Notes: a model not told the origin generated them from the sequence alone. A stretch of DNA of 64,000 nucleotides from an uncultured Gammaproteobacteria bacterium (GCA_963748215.1 CAVVHS010000007.1:32001-96000); one strand, 5' to 3'; counted from the first letter of the stretch, positions 19,713-29,740 are shown. Numbers and translations are program-made.

Positions 19713-20021
19713 ATGAAAAAGATAATCCAGATTGCCGTGATCGGCGCAACCCTGCTGGTCGCGAATTCCGCGGTACAGGCAGCCGACGCCGAAGGCATTT
19801 ACAACACCAAGTGCATGGCCTGTCATGCGACCGGTGCGGCCAATGCGCCGAAGCTCGGCGACAAGGAAGCCTGGGCGCCGCGTATCGCCATGGGTAACGA
19901 TGCCCTGCTGGCCAGTGCCATCAAGGGCAAGAACGCCATGCCGCCGAAGGGCACCTGCATGGAGTGTTCTGACGACGACCTCGCCGCCGTCATCGACTAC
20001 ATGATTTCGAAGAGCCAGTAA
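19713..20021 (+). CDS. Cytochrome c5
   Basis: Signal peptide, CMACH, APKLGDKEAWAPR, AMPPKGTCMECSDDD. Confidence 0.93.
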   Translation: MKKIIQIAVIGATLLVANSAVQAADAEGIYNTKCMACHATGAANAPKLGDKEAWAPRIAMGNDALLASAIKGKNAMPPKGTCMECSDDDLAAVIDYMISKSQ

Positions 20022-20139
20022 CGCTCGTCCGTATTCCGGGTGGCCCGCCGCTGCTTGCCGGCGGACCGCCCGGTCCGGTTTCTTTACCGGAACATGGGGT
20101 TCCGGTCCCCGATCCCCCTTTTGTAGTTCGTTGGCATAT

Positions 20140-20356
20140 GTAGGGTGCACTTCGTGCACCGTTCATGGTGCGTAAAACGCACCCTACGTACTGTTTTTCC
20201 GTGTGGTTCCGTGGTCATTCTTCTTTTCACCACTCGGCTTTCCCGGTGCGTAGAACGCACCCTGCGTATTCGGGTTGTAGGGTGCACTTCGTGCACCGTT
20301 CATGGTGCGTAAAACGCACCCTACGTCCGGGTTCCGGTCCGTAAAACGCACCCTGC
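20140..20356. repeat. Cluster of GTAG-type REP palindromes (BIME-like)
   Basis: GTAGGGTGCACTTCGTGCACC paired with GGTGCGTAAAACGCACCCTAC, repeated twice plus partial copies. Confidence 0.85.
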
Positions 20357-20363
20357 CTTCAAA

Positions 20364-21551
20364 CTAGATCATGATCCGGTCGTAGGTCCAGTACAGCCCG
20401 ACTGCCGCGATGGCCAGCGAACCGCTCACCACGACCACCTGCCGGTACCAGGCCCGATCCGCGAACCACAGGCCGACGGCCAGGAAGGCCAGCGTGATGA
20501 TGGCCAGCTGCCCGAGTTCGACACCGACATTGAAGCTGAGCAGCGCCGTGAAGAAGGCATGGTCGGGCATGCCGAAGTCCTTCAGCATGCTGGCGAAGCC
20601 CATGCCGTGCAGCAGGCCGAAGCCGAACACCAGTGCCAGCCTGCCCCTGTGCAGGGTGCGGGCGAAGATATTCTCGATACCGATCCAGGCGATCGATAGT
20701 GCAATCAGCGGTTCGACGATAAAGGCGGGCAGGCTGAAGATGCCGCTCATCGAGAGTCCCAGGGTGATGGTATGGGCCACGGTGAACATGGTGACCTGCA
20801 ACAGCAGCGGACGCAGCTTCACGCTGAGCAGGAAGATGCCGAGGATAAACAGGATGTGATCCAGTCCCCGCGGCAGGATGTGATCGAAACCCGCGGCCGT
20901 ATAGGTGGCGATCACGGACGTGACCGGTTGTTGGGTAAATACCTCGGTCAGCGAGAATGGTTCGCTGGGTTCGTCCTTGCGCAACCACTGCCAGTTAGAC
21001 CAGTGCCATTTTTCGTTGGCCTCGTCGACCTGGCGCACGCGCACCGCGTTGTCACCGAATGCTTGCGGGTAGTACCAGCGTACGCTCTGCACGCTGCGCG
21101 CGATGTCACCCTCCAGGTAAATCACACTGATGCGCGGTACCTTGGTGTAACCCGGCTCGGGGATTTCAACCCGCGTCACGGTGAGCGGGGCAGGCTGGTC
21201 GTCAAACAGCAGTTGCACTTCCTGCGTGAAACGCTGCCTGAACGGCTCGAAGGCGGCCTGCAGCTCATCGGCCTGCAACACCCTCAACGCATCGTAGGCC
21301 TCGGCGTTCGGCGCTTCCCGTGTATTTCGGTAGCGGCTGTTGATGCCGGTCAGCAGGGCCTCGACACTGGCCCTCACTTCCACACGGTAGGTGCCCCTGG
21401 CGTCGATGCTGATCTCGATCAGGGCCGGTTTGACGACGTCCGCCCGTGCCGTTGACAGGCCGGCGATGAGCAGACTGCACAGGGCCAGCAGGAACACGAC
21501 GGTCCGTGCGTGTTGGCGCGTTGCATGTCGGTCTGCGCGTGGTGGTTTCAT
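20364..21551 (-). CDS. HupE/UreJ-family membrane protein with N-terminal periplasmic domain
   Basis: GFDHILPRGLDHILF, FTVAHTITL, FGFGLLHGMGFA, FNVGVELGQ. Confidence 0.85.
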   Translation of the reverse strand: MKPPRADRHATRQHARTVVFLLALCSLLIAGLSTARADVVKPALIEISIDARGTYRVEVRASVEALLTGINSRYRNTREAPNAEAYDALRVLQADELQAAFEPFRQRFTQEVQLLFDDQPAPLTVTRVEIPEPGYTKVPRISVIYLEGDIARSVQSVRWYYPQAFGDNAVRVRQVDEANEKWHWSNWQWLRKDEPSEPFSLTEVFTQQPVTSVIATYTAAGFDHILPRGLDHILFILGIFLLSVKLRPLLLQVTMFTVAHTITLGLSMSGIFSLPAFIVEPLIALSIAWIGIENIFARTLHRGRLALVFGFGLLHGMGFASMLKDFGMPDHAFFTALLSFNVGVELGQLAIITLAFLAVGLWFADRAWYRQVVVVSGSLAIAAVGLYWTYDRIMI

Positions 21552-21798
21552 GTGCTCACCGGGAGGGCAGGGCGTGTTTGCCGTAACTTCAATATAAGCA
21601 TGCTGTAAAACACTGAAATGTCATGATTTGACTGTAATTGTCGCTGCCGCTGTTCTATTATCTATGCACAATGAAACGGGGATAACAAGCGGATACAGCC
21701 CTGGCCGGGTGGGGAAGCCGGTGCTGGTCCGTAACATCAGGATACACCCCGCCAGGGTAATGCGTGTATCTTCCAAACGAAAACAATCCAGGTGACCT

Positions 21799-23739
21799 AT
21801 GCCTCCATTTGACCGTCGAGAGTTTCTCAAGATTCTGGGTGTCGGTGCAGTCGCATCGACCGGACTGATTTCATGCAGCAAGTCTGACAGCGGGGCGTCG
21901 GCCCCGACATCGGCGCCTGCCGGTGCAGCCGACCCGCTGGAAGGGTTCTATGACCTGCCGATGCAGGGCAATGCCCGCATCCTGCATATCACCGACGTGC
22001 ACGGACAGCTGAAACCCGTGTACTTCCGCGAGCCGAACGTGAACCTCGGCATGGGCGACGCCTATGGCCGCCCGCCGCATATCGTCGGCAGGAAGTTTCT
22101 CGACTATATGGGCGTGGCTGCCGATACACCCGAGTCCTATGCCTATACCTACCTGGATTTCGACGCTGCCGCCCTCAAGTACGGCCGCACCGGTGGTTAT
22201 GCCCATATCAAGACGCTGCTCGACCGGCTTCGGGAACAGGCCGGTGGCAGGGAAAATACATTGACCCTGGATGGCGGCGACCTGTGGCAGGGTTCGGGCA
22301 CTTCGCTGTGGACCCGTGGCGTTGACATGGTCGAGGCCTCGAATATCCTGGGTCTGGATGTCATGGTCGGTCACTGGGAATTCACTTACCGCGAGGCCGA
22401 GGTGCTCAATAACGTGGCGCTGTTCAAGGGCGACTTCATCGGCCAGAACGTGCGCGTCAAGGAAGACTCGTTGTTCGGCGACGAGTACGGGAAGATGGTC
22501 GAGAAGTACGACGGGCGCGGCCTCTACGACGAGGACACCGGGCATGCATTCCGGCCCTATGTCATCAAGAACGTCGGCGGCGCGCGCATCTGCGTGGTCG
22601 GCCAGGCCTTCCCGCGCACTGCCAATGCCAACCCGCAGGAATTTTTCCCGGACTGGTCGTTCGGCCTGCGCGAGGACGACATGATCGAACTGGTCGAGGG
22701 TATCCGCGCAGACGAGAACCCGGATGCCATAGTGCTGCTGTCGCACAACGGCATGGATGTCGATGTCAAGATGGCGGAGCGCGTGCCCGGCCTGAACGCG
22801 GTGTTCGGTGGTCATACGCATGACGGTATTCCGAAGCCGGTCGAGGTCAAGAACGTCGAGGGTCACACCTGCCTGGTGACCAACGCCGGCTCCAATGGCA
22901 AGTTCGTCGGCGTGATGGACTTCGATATCCAGGACGGCGCCCTCAAGGGCATGCATTACAAGATGCTGCCGATCATCTCCGACATGCTGCCGGCCAACAA
23001 GGAGATGGAGGCGTACATCAACCAGATGCGCCAGACAAAATACGACGAGAAGATCGTCGAGAGCCGCTCCAGCAAGCTGTTCTTCAACAAGGGCCGGGTC
23101 GGCAGGACTTTTGAGGAGATCCTGGGCGAGAAGCTGGCCATCGCCGATCGTGTGCTGTACCGGCGTGGCAATTTCATGGGTACCTGGGATCAGGTGCTGT
23201 GCAACGCGCTGCGCCACGAATATGGTGCGGATGTCGCCATGTCCGCCGGGGTGCGCTGGGGCACCACGACCCTGAAAGGCGAGTGGATTACCATGGAAGA
23301 CGTCATGACCCAGTGTTCCATGACCTATGGTGAAACCTACGTGAATGAGATGACCGGCCACGACCTGCTGAACATCCTGGAGCAGGTGGCGGACAACCTG
23401 TTCGATCCCGATCCCTACCTGCAATCGGGTGGCGACATGGTGCGGGTCGGCGGTCTTGATTACACCATCGATCCTTCCAAGCCCCTGTACGAGCGCATTA
23501 CCGACGCCAGACTGGACAACGGTCACCTGATCGAGGCGGACACGGTCTACAAGGTGTCGGGCTGGGCCTCGGTCGGCAAGGCCCCGGACGGCCGCCTGAT
23601 GTGGGATGTGGTGCGTGACTACATCCTCGCGACCAGGGGGCCGGATGACGTGCTGGTACTGCCCAAGATCAATCACCCGAAGCTGGTCGGTGTTGGGGCC
23701 GATCCGGGTATCGCCGATTACCCGGGCGAGATGACCTGA
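21799..23739 (+). CDS. soxB: Thiosulfohydrolase SoxB
   Basis: Tat motif DRREFLK, HITDVHGQLKPVYFREP, LDGGDLWQGS, GHWEFTY, LSHNGMDVD, GGHTHD, LYRRGNF, NLFDPDPYLQSGGDMVR. Confidence 0.93.
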   Translation: MPPFDRREFLKILGVGAVASTGLISCSKSDSGASAPTSAPAGAADPLEGFYDLPMQGNARILHITDVHGQLKPVYFREPNVNLGMGDAYGRPPHIVGRKFLDYMGVAADTPESYAYTYLDFDAAALKYGRTGGYAHIKTLLDRLREQAGGRENTLTLDGGDLWQGSGTSLWTRGVDMVEASNILGLDVMVGHWEFTYREAEVLNNVALFKGDFIGQNVRVKEDSLFGDEYGKMVEKYDGRGLYDEDTGHAFRPYVIKNVGGARICVVGQAFPRTANANPQEFFPDWSFGLREDDMIELVEGIRADENPDAIVLLSHNGMDVDVKMAERVPGLNAVFGGHTHDGIPKPVEVKNVEGHTCLVTNAGSNGKFVGVMDFDIQDGALKGMHYKMLPIISDMLPANKEMEAYINQMRQTKYDEKIVESRSSKLFFNKGRVGRTFEEILGEKLAIADRVLYRRGNFMGTWDQVLCNALRHEYGADVAMSAGVRWGTTTLKGEWITMEDVMTQCSMTYGETYVNEMTGHDLLNILEQVADNLFDPDPYLQSGGDMVRVGGLDYTIDPSKPLYERITDARLDNGHLIEADTVYKVSGWASVGKAPDGRLMWDVVRDYILATRGPDDVLVLPKINHPKLVGVGADPGIADYPGEMT

Positions 23740-24106
23740 CAGGCCGCAGCTCCGCCAGTTAACATGCCCCGCTGGCGGGGCCTTTGTTCGTCTGACATGC
23801 AGAAATACACGGAACGGCTGACCAACGACCGGCGTCAGCCCGTGAAGCGGTCCTGCCGCACTAAACGTGCCGGATCAGCAAAGAGCCCCGGGTTGTATCG
23901 GGAACGGCGCCAAAAAATATGCCCGACCAAGAGTGGCCAGGCAAAGTCTTTACGGAGTCGAATACCTTGCTAATTCAATAGTGAAAGCATACTCCGTGGT
24001 CACTTACAGACGACTTACATATAGGCCAATCCCTGCCTGTGTTGATCCGTGCGGTCACAGCACAGGACAGGACTATTGGGGACATACAATAAATACAGTA
24101 ACTAAG

Positions 24107-24168
24107 AGAATCTCTGATTAATTCGTCATGCCGGCCTTCGCCGGCATGACGAATTAATCAGAGATTCC
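24107..24168. mobile_element. Palindromic miniature element, family B (deleted form of 55997-56106)
   Basis: GAATCTCTGATTAATTCGTCATGCCGGC-CTTC-GCCGGCATGACGAATTAATCAGAGATTC perfect 28-bp stem. Confidence 0.8.
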
Positions 24169-24331
24169 TGAGAAAAATCTGCTTGCTTATGGTCAGGATT
24201 TCACGGCACGATGCTTCTTTATACAAGTATGGGTTAAACCAGTAGTCCGGCACAGCCGATACGCACAGTACACGACATGGCATGATCCCATGCCCTGCAG
24301 CACACCACCCGTTAACCTGACACTGGTAGCT

Positions 24332-24766
24332 ATGAAATTCGTTTTTCCCCTCTCGGTCCTGATGCTCCTGCATATCCTGTTTGTTTATATGAATGTCTAT
24401 TCCATTCCGCACCTGGACAGTGCCATGCACTTCATTGGCGGGATAGCCCTGGGAATATTCATATTTGGCGTGATGGGGCACGCAATCAGAAGAGGATGGT
24501 GTCGCGATCCTGGCAAGATCATCATGCTGGTGCTGATTGTTTCCCTGGTTACGACGGGCGCCGTGTGTTGGGAAATTTACGAGTGGCTGTCAGACGCATA
24601 CCTGGGCACGCATTTCCAGCTGACGCTGGATGATACGTTGAAGGACCTGGTCCTGGGGCTGGCGGGTGGAATTGTCTGCACCTCCATGATGCTCGCATCC
24701 GGAGCGTATGAAATGCTGTCGGTGCAAGGTGACGTGCAGCGCAAGGCGCTGAAGTCGGGAAGCTAG
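24332..24766 (+). CDS. Small membrane protein (DUF2238/VanZ-like)
   Basis: Four hydrophobic segments; LDSAMHF, WEIYEW, DTLKDL motifs; start uncertain. Confidence 0.6.
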   Translation: MKFVFPLSVLMLLHILFVYMNVYSIPHLDSAMHFIGGIALGIFIFGVMGHAIRRGWCRDPGKIIMLVLIVSLVTTGAVCWEIYEWLSDAYLGTHFQLTLDDTLKDLVLGLAGGIVCTSMMLASGAYEMLSVQGDVQRKALKSGS

Positions 24767-24851
24767 CGACCCTGCGAAGCCGGGCTGCACGCCACAGCGG
24801 CGGCCGTTCCATTCGCAGACCGTGTCCGCATCTACAGGAGCAGCTATTTGC

Positions 24852-25056
24852 GTAGGAGCGCATCTCATGCGCGATGCGTTATTTAAAATGATCGCGGATG
24901 GGATCCGCTCCTACACAAGCATCGATTGGGTATAGGAGCGCAGGCATGGCCCAGACCAGTTTCTCGATCCGGGCTATGCCCGTATACCCGGGCTATGCCC
25001 GTATACCCGGGCTATGCCCGTATAAATGGTCTCACCTTTTCCCTGTACATCGAGCG
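24852..25056. repeat. GTAGGAGCG REP pair followed by a dispersed repeat with a 19-bp triplication
   Basis: GTAGGAGCGCATC...GATCCGCTCCTAC; CCGGGCTATGCCCGTATA(C) x3 at 24969-25024. Confidence 0.75.
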
Positions 25057-25077
25057 ACCGGCGTCGTTTCAGGCAAG

Positions 25078-25106
25078 AAAAAGCCCGGCATGAGCCGGGC
25101 TTTTTT
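25078..25106. terminator. Bidirectional intrinsic terminator downstream of soxA
   Basis: AAAAAGCCCGGC-ATGA-GCCGGGCTTTTTT. Confidence 0.85.
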
Positions 25107-25126
25107 GTGTCGCCAGAACGGGTCGC

Positions 25127-25963
25127 TTACTTGCGTGAGCCCGGACCGTTGATCTCCAGGCCGTTGCTCATGTAGGTATGGAAGAACTCCAGTGCGGTGT
25201 ACTCCGGACCCTGGGCCTTGTACGGCTTGGCACGAACCTGCTTGTTGCAGCCATCGTAACGGCGGTGCAGCGTACCCAGTTCACCCCACTTGGAGCGGTA
25301 GACGGGCCAGTGGGTGGCTTGACCGAGGGCAGGGCTCAGCAGGTCGGCGCGGATCTTGTTGCCCGCATTGTAGACATGACAGTCGGCGCAGGCCATGTTC
25401 ATCTGGCCACGCTTGGCATAGAACTGCTGCTTGCCTTCCTCGTAGATCGCCTGGGCACGTGGATCATTCGGTACTTCCACATTGATGATCTTGCCACGTG
25501 ACGTGTAGTGCATATAGGCAGAGAGATCGGCGATGGCACCCTTTTTCCAGCCCAGCGGCTTCTCGCCGTTGGCTTCACGGCAGGTATTGATTGCCGCTTC
25601 CAGGGTGATGACCTTGCCGGATGCCTTGTCGAAGAACGGGTAGCGATTGGCAATGCCTTCGCCGCCGTTATCGAAGCAGCTGGCGTAGGTCTTGCCGTTG
25701 GCAAACGGCGTGTTGAACAGCGTCTTGCCGTTCTCCAGGCTCAGTTCATAGGGCGGAAATTCCTCGATCTCTTCCCACTGGGCGCGGGAATCGGGGTCGA
25801 GGGCATACACGCCATTGATGTAGTCACTGAATGGTACTTTCGGGAAGCGCTTCTCGAAGAAGTTTCTGAATGTTTTCAGATCATCCTCGGGTGTGGCCTG
25901 TGCCGGTGCCGTGAAGGCAGCGAACAGGCCCAGTACCAGTGTTGCAGTCAGGAGCTTTTTCAT
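25127..25963 (-). CDS. soxA: SoxA (single CxxCH, SoxK-associated type)
   Basis: PPYE, YASCF, RGQMNMACADCH, WPVYRSKWG, RYDGCNKQVRA, GPGSRK. Confidence 0.95.
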   Translation of the reverse strand: MKKLLTATLVLGLFAAFTAPAQATPEDDLKTFRNFFEKRFPKVPFSDYINGVYALDPDSRAQWEEIEEFPPYELSLENGKTLFNTPFANGKTYASCFDNGGEGIANRYPFFDKASGKVITLEAAINTCREANGEKPLGWKKGAIADLSAYMHYTSRGKIINVEVPNDPRAQAIYEEGKQQFYAKRGQMNMACADCHVYNAGNKIRADLLSPALGQATHWPVYRSKWGELGTLHRRYDGCNKQVRAKPYKAQGPEYTALEFFHTYMSNGLEINGPGSRK

Positions 25964-26014
25964 TGAATGTTTCCCCTACAGTTCAAAAGAAGTTGTCCGG
26001 TCGACGGGCTGTTG

Positions 26015-26326
26015 TTACTTGATCTCGGTCTCGTCGGAGTCCTTTTCGCCCTTGTTGTCGACCCAGCTGATTCCGACCTTGTCGCCGGCAGCGCCACCCT
26101 TGAAGCTGAAAGACAGATACGGGTTCTTGGAGATTGCGGCACCCCAGCTCGCGGTCATCACATTGTTGCCATTGTGTGTACAGACAACTTCCTGAATGAA
26201 GTGGGCCGGAATTTTTTCACCCGTCTTGGCGTCCTTGCGGGTGCCGGTTTCCATGGCGTGACTGATAAGTGCCTTGACTGTGGTAACGCCGCCGCTGGCA
26301 CTGGCTCTGATTTTGATGCTTGACAT
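26015..26326 (-). CDS. soxZ: SoxZ
   Basis: HAMETGTRKD, IPAHFI, ISKNPY, WVDNKG. Confidence 0.95.
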   Translation of the reverse strand: MSSIKIRASASGGVTTVKALISHAMETGTRKDAKTGEKIPAHFIQEVVCTHNGNNVMTASWGAAISKNPYLSFSFKGGAAGDKVGISWVDNKGEKDSDETEIK

Positions 26327-26378
26327 GATAGTTCCTCTTTAATCCGCTGATTCTGTAATGGTGAATGACCGTCTGTGC

Positions 26379-26852
26379 TTAACCGCCACAACCACCGATG
26401 GTGACCTTGACTTCCTTGCCCGTGCTGTAGAGTTTGCCGTCCGACTTGACGATAGCGATCACGCTGGAGGTCTTGCCCATCTTGATACGGGTCGATATGT
26501 CGGGAATGGCTGCCGCACCCAGGGCGAAGCTGGCCGTCAGGGGATTCTGGTTCTTTTCGGCAACGATGGTAATCGACTCGACATTACCCATGTCGGTGGA
26601 TACCGAGATCGGTACCACGGCGCCGTTTTCGGCGATGTCCGGGGCCTTGATCTTGATCTTGTCGCTGGCGGACAGATCGGAGCTGCCGAACAGGCCGGTC
26701 AGGGCGGCGTTGACATCTTTCGCCTCGAAGGCATCTTTTGCCCATGCGGCCAGTGAGGCGCGCGGGGTGATCAGGCCGGCACTGGCTGCTACGCCAAGTG
26801 CGCCGGTTGCCAGTGTGCCTCTAAGAAATATTCTGCGTTTCATGCTTGTCAC
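26379..26852 (-). CDS. soxY: Sulfur carrier SoxY
   Basis: Tat signal KRRIFL, APDIAENGAVVP, C-terminal VKVTIGGCGG. Confidence 0.96.
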   Translation of the reverse strand: MTSMKRRIFLRGTLATGALGVAASAGLITPRASLAAWAKDAFEAKDVNAALTGLFGSSDLSASDKIKIKAPDIAENGAVVPISVSTDMGNVESITIVAEKNQNPLTASFALGAAAIPDISTRIKMGKTSSVIAIVKSDGKLYSTGKEVKVTIGGCGG

Positions 26853-26875
26853 GGGAGCTTCTCCTGAATTGTTAG

Positions 26876-27250
26876 CTAGAGTGTGTATACGTATTCGACG
26901 ATCTGGTCAATCTGCTCTTCGGTGAGCATTTTGAACCGGCCGAAGGGCGGCATGATCGAGTTCGGGTTGTTCACGGTCGAATCCCAGATCTGCGCGCGCA
27001 GTTTGGCCTTGTCCGGGAAACGCAGTTTCATACTGATCAGTGGCGGGCCGATGTTGCCGGGCAGTTCGCCGTCGTCCATTGCGTGGCATGCCAGGCAGTT
27101 ACCCAGCTTCCGATCGATGGCCACTGCCTTGCCCTTGGCGACAGTTGACTCGTCGGCGCTGGCGGTTGAGAACGGTGTTGCCAGCAGAGCTCCCGCGAGC
27201 ACAGCAACCGAGCATGCTGATAAGACTGTCTTTGTAGCGGTTTGCCGCAT
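26876..27250 (-). CDS. soxX: SoxX cytochrome
   Basis: GNCLACH, GNIGPPL, IMPPFG. Confidence 0.94.
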   Translation of the reverse strand: MRQTATKTVLSACSVAVLAGALLATPFSTASADESTVAKGKAVAIDRKLGNCLACHAMDDGELPGNIGPPLISMKLRFPDKAKLRAQIWDSTVNNPNSIMPPFGRFKMLTEEQIDQIVEYVYTL

Positions 27251-27307
27251 TGTTTCATCTCCTGGATTCATGTGGTAGATCTTGAGGACTCGCTTGGCGC
27301 GCGTCGG

Positions 27308-27640
27308 TTACAGGCCGCGCGGGTGCGCCTTTTCGTAATTGTACTGGGCGGCGGCGTTGTCGGCTTCGTCCTTGGCCTTTTTGGCAAGCTTGATCGCCAG
27401 GCTATTTTCACCCTTGTCGGCTGCCGCCTGTGCCTCCGATGCGAACTTTTCCGTGTCACGCCAGAGCCAGTTGTTTGCCTTGGCTGCCTTGATAGCATCG
27501 TTCGCGGCGGTGATGGCTGCGGCGGCTTCAGGACTGGCCTTGGAAGAGCCTGCCTTCGTGGACTGGTCGGCACAGCCGCTGACCAGCCATAACGACAGGA
27601 CCGCAGTCGAGAATAGCCTGAGGGGGAAGCGTGTCTTCAT
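27308..27640 (-). CDS. soxK: SoxXA-binding protein SoxK-like lipoprotein
   Basis: Ala-rich helical protein with WLWRDT motif and lipobox VSGC, directly upstream of soxX. Confidence 0.75.
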   Translation of the reverse strand: MKTRFPLRLFSTAVLSLWLVSGCADQSTKAGSSKASPEAAAAITAANDAIKAAKANNWLWRDTEKFASEAQAAADKGENSLAIKLAKKAKDEADNAAAQYNYEKAHPRGL

Positions 27641-27770
27641 TGAATCACTCCAATTTGGTTAACGAGGGACAAACTTACAGATTTTATTTGGAAAATTTTT
27701 ATGGCAGTTAAGCTAGCACCCCCCATATGCGACGTCAAGCCATTGTTTCTTCTTGTATTAGCATTAAGTA

Positions 27771-29213
27771 CTATTCTAATCCCTCGGCTTTCTGCAGTTC
27801 CTTGAGACGTGCAATCCGTGCCTGTATCACGGCTGCCTGGTAATCAGTCAGACCGTCTGACTTCTCCGCAAGTTCCATCTGCTCGATGGCCTTGGTGGTG
27901 TAACCGTTCAGAAAATAGTATTGCCCCATGGCCGTATGGGTTTGTACCGGGCGGTTGGTCAGGCCTGCAGCCTGGGCCAGTAACTTGTAGACCTGCGGGT
28001 TATCCGAGCGGGTGCTGGCATCGGATAGCAGGTCATAGGTCTTGTCGGGCTGTGCGCTGGCAAGCAGTGAGCTGGCGTAGGGCAGTAGCACGGTCAGCTC
28101 GCCCGGATAGAGTTTAAGTGTGTCCTGGTAGATGGCCTGTGCCTTGTCGAAGCGTTGCAATTTGTTGAGCACGCCGCCCAGCGCCAGCCGGTAGGCGATG
28201 CGATCCGGGTCGGCCATGGAAAGTTGCTCGAGTACACTGACTGCGTCCTGCTGGCGGTCATTGGCCGACAGCAGCAGGGCGTATTCATAGCGTTCGGCCG
28301 CCGTGTCACCGCCGGACTTGCCGTGGTAGCGCTGGAAATCGGCCAGAACCTGGCTTGGATTCTGGTAGGTGTTCACACGCAGGCGGGCGCGCAGCAACTG
28401 GAATTCGAGGTCGTCCGGTACATTGATTTTGCCAAGCGAGGCGGCGCGTGTTTCGGCTTCGGCTATGCGATTGGTGGTGACCGGGTGGGTGCTGAGAAAC
28501 TCGGGTGGTTGCGTTCCGTACAGCTTGGAGTTTTTCTGCAGGCGCTCGAAGAAAAGGCCCATGCCCTTGGGGTCGAAGCTGGCATCGGCGAGGGTCTGAA
28601 TGCCCACCCGGTCGGCTTCCTGTTCATTGGCGCGGGTAAAATTGATCTGCTGCTGCAGGCTGGCCGCCGAGGCGGCGGTCAGGGCGGCAGCGCCGGCCTG
28701 ACCGTTCTGCGTGCCGATCAGGATGGCCGCCAGTATGGCGGCCGTGGTCGGCAGGCTGAGTTTGTCGGCGGCTTCGAAGGCGCGTGCCAGGTGACGCTGG
28801 GTGACGTGGGCGATTTCATGGGCGAGCACGGCCGCCAGTTCGCTTTCCGATTCCGCGGCCACGAACAGGCCCACGTTCACGCCGATATGGCCGCCCGGTC
28901 CGGCGAAGGCATTGATGCGTTCGTCATTGACCATGAAAAAGGTGAATGCGTGGCCCGGGTTTTCGCTGTGCATGCTCAGCCGGCGGCCAAGGTTTTGCAG
29001 GTAGCTGGTGGTTTCCACGTCGTCCAGGATCAGGTCCGACTGGCGCAATTCGCGCATGAAGGCGGCACCGAGCGCCTGGTCCTGCTGCGGGCTGTAGATT
29101 CGGCCCGCGGCTTCGCCCAGGCTGGGCAGGTCGTTGAAACCGGACTGCGCGAGGGCAAAGGGGCAGTACAGGGCCAGCAACAGGCTGGCCCGGCGTCGGG
29201 TTGAACGTCTCAT
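27771..29213 (-). CDS. bepA: M48 metalloprotease with TPR-like C-terminus, BepA/YfgC
   Basis: INAFAGPGG, LAHEIAHVTQRH, EQEADRVG, PEFLSTHP. Confidence 0.88.
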   Translation of the reverse strand: MRRSTRRRASLLLALYCPFALAQSGFNDLPSLGEAAGRIYSPQQDQALGAAFMRELRQSDLILDDVETTSYLQNLGRRLSMHSENPGHAFTFFMVNDERINAFAGPGGHIGVNVGLFVAAESESELAAVLAHEIAHVTQRHLARAFEAADKLSLPTTAAILAAILIGTQNGQAGAAALTAASAASLQQQINFTRANEQEADRVGIQTLADASFDPKGMGLFFERLQKNSKLYGTQPPEFLSTHPVTTNRIAEAETRAASLGKINVPDDLEFQLLRARLRVNTYQNPSQVLADFQRYHGKSGGDTAAERYEYALLLSANDRQQDAVSVLEQLSMADPDRIAYRLALGGVLNKLQRFDKAQAIYQDTLKLYPGELTVLLPYASSLLASAQPDKTYDLLSDASTRSDNPQVYKLLAQAAGLTNRPVQTHTAMGQYYFLNGYTTKAIEQMELAEKSDGLTDYQAAVIQARIARLKELQKAEGLE

Positions 29214-29422
29214 TTGACCTGGATTAACCTCATAACGACCCATTAAGACAGGAAAACCCCTCGCGGGTTCAGTCATTTTCCCGTCGTGGCCGGTAAATCT
29301 CCCCGTTGGGGGTCTTGCCTTACGGGGCCTGTTGGCATAAGTTATCGACCCTATTCTAATATCATAATCAACGATCCGCAGTGCCGGGTCTAGAAAAAGT
29401 GGTAACTAACAGGAGAGACGCA

Positions 29423-29653
29423 ATGGCGGACTTTGATGATGAGCTGGATGCAACCGGGCTGAACTGCCCGCTGCCGATTTTACGCGCCAAGAAGGCCCTG
29501 AATGGCATGGAGACTGGTAAGGTGCTACGCATCATTGCGACCGATCCGGGCTCCGTAAAGGACTTCGAGGCCTTTGCCAAGCAGACCGGTAACGAGCTGA
29601 TGTCCTCGACGGAAGAGGGCGGCAAGTTCATGTTCCTGATGCGCAAGGGCTGA
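29423..29653 (+). CDS. tusA: TusA-family sulfur carrier
   Basis: LDATGLNCPLPIL, ATDPGSVKDF. Confidence 0.92.
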   Translation: MADFDDELDATGLNCPLPILRAKKALNGMETGKVLRIIATDPGSVKDFEAFAKQTGNELMSSTEEGGKFMFLMRKG

Positions 29654-29681
29654 TACCTGAAGCACGTTCAGAACACTGAAT

Positions 29682-29712
29682 AAAAAAACCCCGGCCACTG
29701 GCCGGGGTTTTT
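29682..29712. terminator. Bidirectional intrinsic terminator
   Basis: AAAAAAACCCCGGCCA-C-TGGCCGGGGTTTTT between convergent genes. Confidence 0.88.
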
Positions 29713-29740
29713 GTTTATGCAATGCTCAAGCTTCAGGTCA

